A stretch of 61,985 nucleotides of DNA from a virus. Its lineage: Duplodnaviria > Caudoviricetes. Within the stretch, counting starts at the first letter, position 1. Every line of letters starts with the position of its first letter. The position numbers and the translations under genes are program-made. The notes below the pieces were generated by a model. The model was given only the letters and a program-made list of their open reading frames with translations. It did no database searches and had not been told where the DNA came from. The DNA lies in the IMG/VR virus record IMGVR_UViG_3300037483_001239, positions 1 through 61,985 of that record, one strand, 5' to 3'. Of the stretch, positions 36,061 to 43,532 are shown one piece after another.

Positions 36061-36130
36061 CACTCGGCGGTAGGTCGTGCGCAGCGACGCGTGACCCACC
36101 GCGGATTGTCATCTCACAAGGAGGAAGAGA

Positions 36131-36340
36131 ATGAAGGTCACGTTCACGATGGCGGAGCCCGAGGAGAAGAAGCACTCGGTGAGGTTCAACTTCGAGGCGC
36201 TCGACACCATCCCGATCACGGGGATCCTCGGGATCGAGCCGGAAGACGCGAAGAAGGCGCTCAAGAACGCGTCGTTCTACATCCCGAAGCCGATCGGCGA
36301 GCACGCGAAGCGGATCCGCGTGACGATCGAGGAGCTGTGA
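36131..36340 (+). CDS. Hypothetical protein
   Basis: AAGGAGG RBS; KKHSVRF..FYIPK..IRVTIE. Confidence 0.7.
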   Translation: MKVTFTMAEPEEKKHSVRFNFEALDTIPITGILGIEPEDAKKALKNASFYIPKPIGEHAKRIRVTIEEL

Positions 36341-36576
36341 GCTCCTCGCTGACGGCCCAAGACCGTGCTGCACTCGGCATTGTCATGGCGGTCGGCGAGT
36401 GCATTCGAGATCTCGGGAGGCCAGTCCCGAGCGGTGAGGTCTACGCCCATCTCATGGGGCACCTCACTCTCGAGTCGTACACATCCGTGATCACAGTCCT
36501 CAAGGCGAAGGGGCTGGTCGAAGAGAAGAACCACCTGCTGACATGGATCGGCCCGGTCAGCGGGTTCGCAGGCTGA
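36337..36576 (+). CDS. Small winged-helix-like protein
   Basis: GTGA overlap; VPSGEVYAHLM..LKAKGLV..HLLTW. Confidence 0.6.
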   Translation: MSSSLTAQDRAALGIVMAVGECIRDLGRPVPSGEVYAHLMGHLTLESYTSVITVLKAKGLVEEKNHLLTWIGPVSGFAG

Positions 36577-36584
36577 AAGCCGAA

Positions 36585-36661
36585 AGCAGAGGACGGTTCG
36601 GACCTGTTGAGGTGGTTACAGGCCTGAGCCGTAATGCTACAGTCCGGTTCCAAGTCCGGAC
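36585..36661 (+). ncRNA. Twister-like ribozyme 6 (divergent, covarying)
   Basis: AGCA GAGGA-P1-UAA UGCU AC A GUCCGG UUCCAAGU CCGGAC; P2 fully covaries and the purine tract/loop also change. Confidence 0.85.
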
Positions 36662-36685
36662 GCAGGCAGAAGGAGAAAGGACAGC

Positions 36686-36898
36686 ATGCCCGAGAACAAG
36701 CAGGTGACGTTCCCGTACAAGACCCTCGACATCGCGGTCAAGGACAAGTTCAAGAAGATCGGAGGCCCGGAGAAGGCCTTCGCCTTCCTCGTCAAGGGCT
36801 TCAAGAGCGTCGAGTGGCGGAGGCGAGCCGACAAGGCGGCGCGGGCCCGAGACGAGGCGGAGGACGTGGCGGTGACCGCGTCGGCGAAGAAGGCATAA
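36686..36898 (+). CDS. Small basic hypothetical protein
   Basis: AAGGAG/AAGG RBS; WRRRADKAARAR. Confidence 0.65.
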   Translation: MPENKQVTFPYKTLDIAVKDKFKKIGGPEKAFAFLVKGFKSVEWRRRADKAARARDEAEDVAVTASAKKA

Positions 36899-36976
36899 GC
36901 CGGAATCGGACCTCGGACTACTGGGCGGGTGGAGCCACTTCCAAGCCCGCCACTTCCATCCCGGTAGCCCGAGGCG

Positions 36977-37007
36977 GGAGGCGAGAGTGCGTCCTCGCTT
37001 CCTTTTT
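36977..37007 (+). terminator. Intrinsic terminator ending the early transcript
   Basis: GGAGGCGAG..CTCGCTTCC TTTTT. Confidence 0.7.
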
Positions 37008-37498
37008 CATCTGGAGGCAGGCAGGGCCGTCCGCTGCGGCGAATCCCTCTCACTCCGAGAGGAGAAGTGGACGACCATTGCTCCTTCTTCCGATCCGAGG
37101 GCGACGACTCGGAGGCCTCGATTCTTGGAACTGTTCACTGCTCCGTTCCTTCCGACGTTCCAGCAGGCCGGTCGGTCCGGGCTCTCCCCAGTGGTAGTAT
37201 CCATACACTCCGCTTTTCATCTACGTCTCCCTCCTTTTGTCCGACGTTGCCACCGCGAGGAGAAGCTCGGCCTGGATCGCATCGGCTTCGGCAATCAGCA
37301 CATCGAAGTATTGTGACAGATCCTCGTGCCGAGGTGGCGATCCCTTGACCTGACGCGCGGAGGACAGGACGATCCCGCGTAGCCGGCGCACTTCGGTGAC
37401 GAGGCGCAGTTGTGGGCCCCCTCGCGTCTCCCAGTACAGCAGTTCCGTCTCGGTGATTCGCTCGCGCGTGCCCTCCCTCCCTTCGCCCGACGTTGACG

Positions 37499-39049
37499 TC
37501 AGTCGATCCCTGCCCACGGATCCTCCGGCTTCGGACAGAATCCCCACGTCCCGGCTACGCCCCCCTGCTTCCCGATTGTCACCTGCTGGGCGATTCGGAG
37601 TCGGCGAAGCTCTTCAAGAGTCGCCTGGACCTGAGGATACCGGAGCCGTGTCGCTTCTGCAATGGCTGGGATCGAGACGTGGCCTTCATCCAAGGCCCGA
37701 ATGACGGGTCCCCGAACCTTCGGAGCGTTCGACGCCATAATCCAGCGAATCGTCTTCAGCTCGTCCTCGTCGACGAGAACCTTCCCTCGGACAAAGGCGA
37801 GACCTGATGCCAGAATCGCGAGGCGCTCGTAGAGATGGTTTGGAGTCGGACGGACCGGATCGTCTGAGGCGGAAGCCCGCGGCGCGAGGTAGGTTTGGCC
37901 CAAGGCTATGAGCTCTGCATAGTGGAGAACCTTCCGCTCCACCTCAGCGGACATCGGCGGCCAGGCCTGCGTCCTCGTCTCATACCTCGAGAATATCCAT
38001 TCGAGGTACCGGCGGACTGCCTCCCCACACCGTGCCTTGACGGGACCATACTCCGCCGCGGAGACGTATGGATCCTCCGGTTTTGCCGCCCGCAGGCGCA
38101 TGAAGAGGAGACGAGGCCCGACAGTTGCCATCGCAGCCCAGGTCTCCGTATGAAACGGGGTTGTCCCTCCGAGCCAGACGAAGGTGTAGTCCCCTTTCTT
38201 CCCCATGAGGCCGTGCGTCCCGGTCATGCGTACGATTCCACGCCCATCAACGAAATCCGGCATCTCAGAGTACATGCTCTGACGGGCTTCAGCCGTTCCT
38301 CCTCGGAAGAGAGGGCCGAGATCCGGAGTCACGAGAACCTTATGCTTGACCATCTCCGTGAGGGAAATCTCCTCTTGGTGTTCCTTTGTCACGCCTTCCC
38401 CTGCGTAGCCCGACATCATCGACGCGATCGTGAACTTCCCCATACTGAGGACGCGCTCCGCCCCCTCGAACATGTCCAGAGTCGTTCCCTTCCCTTCTCC
38501 GGACTCTCCGACGATCATCAGGGCGAGCCCTTGCGTGACATTCTCCAGGAGAAGCGTTCCGCAGCAGGCCAGCTCCGCTTCGAGAACCGGCCAGTGTCGG
38601 GGCCAGTACCGGCTTACTACCCCTCGAACCTTCTCGAGCTCCTCCGCCCTCTCCCCCAACGCCGGCGTTGCCCGCCCACTACTCTTCCGGATTGGGGGAA
38701 CCGCCGCTGCCTTCTCCCGACTCCTGATCTCCGAGATCGGAACCGCTTCGAGACGACTCCGGAGCATGTGCGAGCGCTTTATCAACGGGACCAATCCCGC
38801 GAGCGCGATCTGTGCTTTGCTTGGAAGTTTCCGGACCGGAGCGCCGGCAACCCTCAGGAGGAAATCGTACGTCCTCCCCTGCACCAGCTTCACCTCATGC
38901 GCGAACGCAATAAGCGTTCTCGAGGGAGCGAGCCCCGTTCCGACCCGCAGCGCATTCATCTCTACGAGTGCATTGTATCGGAGGGTCACCAGCTTCGCGA
39001 CGTCAGCGTCGGCATCGTCAGGCTCCAGACTCACGACGATCCCGCTCAT
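37499..39049 (-). CDS. P-loop ATPase, replicative helicase-like (MCM/AAA+-like) with C-terminal winged helix
   Basis: MIVGESGEGKGT Walker A; SIPAIAEATRL..QATLEEL. Confidence 0.65.
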   Translation of the reverse strand: MSGIVVSLEPDDADADVAKLVTLRYNALVEMNALRVGTGLAPSRTLIAFAHEVKLVQGRTYDFLLRVAGAPVRKLPSKAQIALAGLVPLIKRSHMLRSRLEAVPISEIRSREKAAAVPPIRKSSGRATPALGERAEELEKVRGVVSRYWPRHWPVLEAELACCGTLLLENVTQGLALMIVGESGEGKGTTLDMFEGAERVLSMGKFTIASMMSGYAGEGVTKEHQEEISLTEMVKHKVLVTPDLGPLFRGGTAEARQSMYSEMPDFVDGRGIVRMTGTHGLMGKKGDYTFVWLGGTTPFHTETWAAMATVGPRLLFMRLRAAKPEDPYVSAAEYGPVKARCGEAVRRYLEWIFSRYETRTQAWPPMSAEVERKVLHYAELIALGQTYLAPRASASDDPVRPTPNHLYERLAILASGLAFVRGKVLVDEDELKTIRWIMASNAPKVRGPVIRALDEGHVSIPAIAEATRLRYPQVQATLEELRRLRIAQQVTIGKQGGVAGTWGFCPKPEDPWAGID

Positions 39050-39399
39050 GCGGTCCGCCGTCGGAGCCCGGCTTCCGGCTCCCCTTCAATCGGCCGAGCC
39101 GGACAGGCTCCAGAACACCCGGCATGCTGCGGGCAGGGAAGAGGAACGGAGTTCGGATCCCGGTGAAGCCCCTCCGGCCAGAACCCTTCCTTGAGCATCT
39201 TCTTCATCTGCCTCCGCATGGCAGGAGTAAGAGAGTGTAGGGTCCAGTCCCCCTCCACCATCGCGGTGAGGCCGTCCCAGACTTCCCCCGCACGAAGCGC
39301 TCGAACGCGAAGCCCCCCTGGAAACGTATCATACAGGAAGCCCGGCCGGAGCCTCTCCCTGACAATCACATTCCGACACCCCGCACGCTCCTTAATCAA
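39046..39399 (-). CDS. Hypothetical protein
   Basis: AGGAGG RBS region; ATGA overlap with the helicase-like gene; CPQH..C..C. Confidence 0.5.
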   Translation of the reverse strand: MIKERAGCRNVIVRERLRPGFLYDTFPGGLRVRALRAGEVWDGLTAMVEGDWTLHSLTPAMRRQMKKMLKEGFWPEGLHRDPNSVPLPCPQHAGCSGACPARPIEGEPEAGLRRRTA

Positions 39400-39455
39400 G
39401 GCATAGCCTCCTATCGCAGGCTCTTATTTTACATTGCTTTTCATTGTGAGGAAAC

Positions 39456-39483
39456 GGACGTCTTCTGGACGTCTTTAGGACGT
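39456..39483. repeat. Three GGACGT repeats at 11-bp spacing in an AT-rich intergenic region
   Basis: GGACGT at 39456, 39467 and 39478. Confidence 0.65.
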
Positions 39484-39593
39484 TTCTCCATAACGTTATG
39501 ACTATGTTATATGTATATCCACACCCAAAGTTCGCCTCCGCAATGGGTGTTGCTTCCGATATAGAATGTGAATCTGCGTTGTAACTCGTTTAG

Positions 39594-39606
39594 AATCAAC
39601 AACTTA
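39594..39606 (+). promoter_or_regulatory. IHF-consensus site upstream of the terminase genes
   Basis: AATCAAcaacTTA. Confidence 0.55.
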
Positions 39607-40144
39607 CAAAGATCAGGGTAAAGAACCACTCCTATATTGTTGAAAACAAACGATCTTCGGGGCGTCCGAAAGACGTCTGGGACAATCCTCTTCGAAAGCT
39701 CGAGACATCCTCCGACCCGAGGCTCGACACCGCCCCCTCGCAAACACGCAGTCGAAGCCCGCGAAGCCCGCGAAGCCCACGACGTCCTCACATACTTTCC
39801 CTTCCTCCGTCAATGATCCGGGTTGACATCGGGTCCTTTCTACATCATAATTGGAACAACAAACGAGATGGCTCCTCTCCGATCCTTCCCGACGCTGCCC
39901 GTTCAATCCTCCGCTCGGAGTCTGCGATCCGAGACTCGCTCTCGTGCCGAGGCCAGCCTCGTCTTCTTCGCTCGGGCTGTTCTCGGGCTGCGCCGGCTCT
40001 CGCCGGATCGTCTCCTGGAAGTCCAAGACGGAGCACAGCCTCGGCTTCGTTCTGAGGAGCGAGCGCTAGAAGCCTGGCTTGCCCTCCGGAAGGGGACTCT
40101 CCCTCCGGAGCTGCGGTGGACGGTTGGAGGATCGGAGGACGGCA

Positions 40145-40633
40145 GTGCTGTCGCCTGAGTCGACGACGACCGTCCTCCCCTCGGAGAAGGGTGGGAGTCT
40201 CTCTCGAGCGCAACGGAACGAGGCCCGTCTCTTCGCGTTGACGATTCTCCGAGATCCGCTGTACCAGCAAGGGCTTCTCGCTGCGGCACGAAAGCGGGAG
40301 CTGGCTCCGGCCGTCGAGATCGCGATCATGCATTACGGATGGGGCAAGCCCCCGGACAAGGTCGAGGTCGGAGCTCCCGGTGCCTTCGATCTGGAGGATC
40401 TCCCGGCGGCTGCCCTTGCGGATCGTGCGGAGACGCTCGCGAGGACTCTCCGTCTCGTCCCTCGTCCTCCACAGGAGGAGGATCGGGCGGCGGCGTCCGC
40501 CCAGACTGACGAGGCTCTTGCCCGGACGAAGGAACGGGCGGATGCCCGGGCCGAAGCCGACGCCGAGGCCTCCCGTATTCGCAAGGTCATGAATCTCGTC
40601 ACACGAGAAGAGATCGGGGAGCTCGGAGCATGA
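40145..40633 (+). CDS. Terminase small subunit (putative)
   Basis: Directly upstream of TerL; HYGWGKPPDKVEV. Confidence 0.6.
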   Translation: MLSPESTTTVLPSEKGGSLSRAQRNEARLFALTILRDPLYQQGLLAAARKRELAPAVEIAIMHYGWGKPPDKVEVGAPGAFDLEDLPAAALADRAETLARTLRLVPRPPQEEDRAAASAQTDEALARTKERADARAEADAEASRIRKVMNLVTREEIGELGA

Positions 40634-42156
40634 GCACGGAGATGCTCTCTCCGGACCAGGAGGCCCTCGCCCTTGAGCTTGCTCAACGGGCTGAACTCAC
40701 CTGTGAGATCGGGCAACAGATCACGGTCGGTGCTGCCCGAGAAGAACTCCTCGCGATCGAACGGGAGCTCCGCAGGAGGGTCTGGGTGGGGGACCCTACC
40801 ACCTGGGCGGAGGAACGGCTCCGTGCGTACCTCTGGTCCATCCAGAAGAAGATCATGGAGTCCGTGCGTAAGCACCGGAAGACGGCGGTCCCCTCCTGCC
40901 ACGAAGCGGGGAAGTCCTACATCGCCGCAGGCATCGTCTCCTGGTGGCTTGATGTCCATCGTCCGGGCGAAGCCTTCGCGGTGACGTCTGCGCCTACCGG
41001 TCGCCAGGTCAAGGCCATCCTCTGGAGGGAGATCGGGCGAGCCCACGGCCTTGGACAGCTCCCCGGGCGTACGAACCAGACGGAATGGCTCATGGTCAAT
41101 CCGAGGACCGGCAAGGAGGAGCTCGTAGCCTTCGGGCAGAAGCCGGCCGACATGGACCCAGGCGCCTTCCAGGGGATCCACGCTCGACGCGTCCTCGTGG
41201 TCTTCGACGAGGCCTGCGGCATGCCCAAGGCTCTCTGGGATGCGGCGGACAGCCTCATCGCGAACGACGACTCCCGGTTCCTGGCCATCGGGAACCCCGA
41301 CGACCCTCACTCGGAGTTTGCAGAAGTCTGTAAGCCGGGCTCCTCCTGGAACACCATCCCGATCTCGGTCTTCGATACTCCGAACTTCACGGGTGAGGAC
41401 GTTCCCGAGGAACTCCGACACGTCCTCGTCGGCCGACTCTGGGTCGAGGAGAAGCGCAAGAAGTGGGGAGAGAAGTCTCCTCTCTACCAGGCGAAGGTTC
41501 TCGGGCGCTTCCCGGACCGCGTCGCGGACGGGCTCATCCCCTTCTCCGCGATCAAGGCGGCTCAAGCTCGAGAGCTCCGTCCGGATCAACCCGACGAGCT
41601 CGGAGTCGACGTCGGTGCCGGAGGCGACAAGAACGTTGTCTGTCGGAGGCGAGGTCCCGTCGCCCGGATCATCCGGGAGGATCAGGAACCGGACACCATG
41701 ATCTCCTGCGGGAACCTCCTGGCGGACCTCCGGAGTACCCGTGCGAGCATTGCAAAGGTCGATGCCATCGGCATAGGCCGAGGCCTCGTCGACCGTGCCC
41801 GTGAACAGAACCAGCCTGTCCGAGGAATCAACGTGTCCGTCTCTCCGACGGAGACAGCGGAAGCCTCTGCGGAGTTCGGGGGAGACGGCTTCGCCAACCT
41901 CCGAGCCCAGGCCTACTGGGAGCTCCGCGAACGCTTCCTCTCCGGTGCAATCGACATCGACGAGGAGGATGACGATCTCGCAAACCAACTCGCCTCGATG
42001 AAGTACAAGCGGACCTCCAAGGGGAAGATCCTCGTCGAGTCGAAAGACGACATGCGCCGGAGGGGGCTTGCCTCTCCTGACCGTGCTGATGCCCTTATGC
42101 TGGCCTTCCTCAATCCTCCGGAGGAGGAGGAAGAGTCAGGTGGAGTGCTCTGGTAA
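40630..42156 (+). CDS. terL: Terminase large subunit
   Basis: SCHEAGKS, VVFDEA, IGNP, LGVDVG, DAIGIG, SPDRADAL. Confidence 0.95.
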   Translation: MSTEMLSPDQEALALELAQRAELTCEIGQQITVGAAREELLAIERELRRRVWVGDPTTWAEERLRAYLWSIQKKIMESVRKHRKTAVPSCHEAGKSYIAAGIVSWWLDVHRPGEAFAVTSAPTGRQVKAILWREIGRAHGLGQLPGRTNQTEWLMVNPRTGKEELVAFGQKPADMDPGAFQGIHARRVLVVFDEACGMPKALWDAADSLIANDDSRFLAIGNPDDPHSEFAEVCKPGSSWNTIPISVFDTPNFTGEDVPEELRHVLVGRLWVEEKRKKWGEKSPLYQAKVLGRFPDRVADGLIPFSAIKAAQARELRPDQPDELGVDVGAGGDKNVVCRRRGPVARIIREDQEPDTMISCGNLLADLRSTRASIAKVDAIGIGRGLVDRAREQNQPVRGINVSVSPTETAEASAEFGGDGFANLRAQAYWELRERFLSGAIDIDEEDDDLANQLASMKYKRTSKGKILVESKDDMRRRGLASPDRADALMLAFLNPPEEEEESGGVLW

Positions 42157-43532
42157 TGCCTTGGCTTCGACGACGGGCGCAGCGGCAACCGAACAACGAA
42201 GGCCTCTCCGTGCTCGGGGCGTTCCGGACGTTGGCCGGGGCGGGATCCGATCTGATGTCGAGGTTCAACCTCGCCTCCGCAGCAGGCCTGACCTTCGGAG
42301 GGAAGAGAGACCTCTACTCCGTTCTCGGGTATCCTCGAGCCCTCTCCCCGAAGGACTACCGTGACCGCTACAAGCGGGGAGACATCGCGGCGAGGATCGT
42401 GGAGGCGTTCCCGGAGGCGACCTGGTCCGGAGGACTCGAGCTAGTCGAAGACGAGAACCCGAAGGCACTGACCCCGTTCGAGGCCGAGATGGATGCCCTC
42501 GACAAGAGGCTCGGGGTCTGGTCCGTCTTTAACCGGGTCGACATCCTCGCAGGCCTCGGTGAGTTCGCGATCGTCCTGATCGGGGCCGCAGGGAAGCTCG
42601 AAGAGGAACTCCCCCCGATGTCCTCCCAGGAGGAGATTCTCTATCTCACGCCGTACGGTCCGGACGAAGTCCAGATCGAGACGTGCGACGAGAACACGGA
42701 GAGTCCCCGCTTCGGGATGCCCCTGACGTACACCGTCCAGAGGTCGACGACGACGGGGGCACGAGCCGTTGCTGGGCGTAGCGCCTTCACGAGAAAGGTC
42801 CATTGGACGAGAGTTCTCCACTTTGCCGACGGTATCCTGGAAGACGCAGTCTTCGGGACTCCCCGCCTCGAGAAGGTCTGGAACCGTCTCGACGACCTCG
42901 ACAAGATCGTCGGTGGAGGCTCCGAAGCCTTCTGGTTGAGGATCCACCAGGGGTACCACTGGAACGTGGAGAAGGACGTGAAGATCGGTCCGGACCAGAT
43001 CAAGAAGCTCGAGGCCGAGGCCGAGGAATTCTCCCACCAGCTGCGACGCTCGATCGCGACCCGAGGCATGAAGCTCGAGGTCAAGGGATCCGACGTCTCG
43101 ACCTTCAACAACCAGGTCATGTCGATCATCTCCCTGGTCTCCGGCGCGACGGGGATCCCCCAGAGGATCCTCCTCGGGAGTGAGCGCGGGGAGCTGGCGT
43201 CGACCCAGGACAAGGAGAATTGGAACGAGAGGGTCAAGGCGCGTCGTGCGAAGGTCGGAGACCCTCATGTCAGGCAGTTCGTGGAACGCGTGACAGGAGT
43301 CGGGGCTGTCCCGACTCCGGTGGAGTACGACATCCGCTGGCCCGAGATCAAGACTCTCACCCAGGACGAGCAAGCGAAGGTCGCGTCTGCCTGGGCCGGG
43401 CTCAGTGGGGCGGCCGGAGGCGTCGTCGTGACTCCGGAGGAGATCCGGGATCGTGTTCTCGGCCTTGACCCCCTCCCCGAAGACGAAGAGATGGAAGCCC
43501 CGGTTCCGGAGGAAGGAGCCTCTCCCGCATGA
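42156..43532 (+). CDS. Portal protein (DUF1073-like)
   Basis: Follows TerL; AARIVE, VHWTRV, GIPQRILLG..GELAS. Confidence 0.88.
   Translation: MPWLRRRAQRQPNNEGLSVLGAFRTLAGAGSDLMSRFNLASAAGLTFGGKRDLYSVLGYPRALSPKDYRDRYKRGDIAARIVEAFPEATWSGGLELVEDENPKALTPFEAEMDALDKRLGVWSVFNRVDILAGLGEFAIVLIGAAGKLEEELPPMSSQEEILYLTPYGPDEVQIETCDENTESPRFGMPLTYTVQRSTTTGARAVAGRSAFTRKVHWTRVLHFADGILEDAVFGTPRLEKVWNRLDDLDKIVGGGSEAFWLRIHQGYHWNVEKDVKIGPDQIKKLEAEAEEFSHQLRRSIATRGMKLEVKGSDVSTFNNQVMSIISLVSGATGIPQRILLGSERGELASTQDKENWNERVKARRAKVGDPHVRQFVERVTGVGAVPTPVEYDIRWPEIKTLTQDEQAKVASAWAGLSGAAGGVVVTPEEIRDRVLGLDPLPEDEEMEAPVPEEGASPA

Noticed and set aside
33930-36661. CRISPR array or integron attC cassette array
   Set aside because: Repeats are not identical, spacers are whole genes of variable length, no cas1/2 or integron integrase is present, and the conserved nucleotides match the twister core
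42156-43532. Anti-CBASS Acb1 label often given to DUF1073 proteins
   Set aside because: Size and position after TerL indicate a portal; no extra HxT phosphodiesterase domain visible
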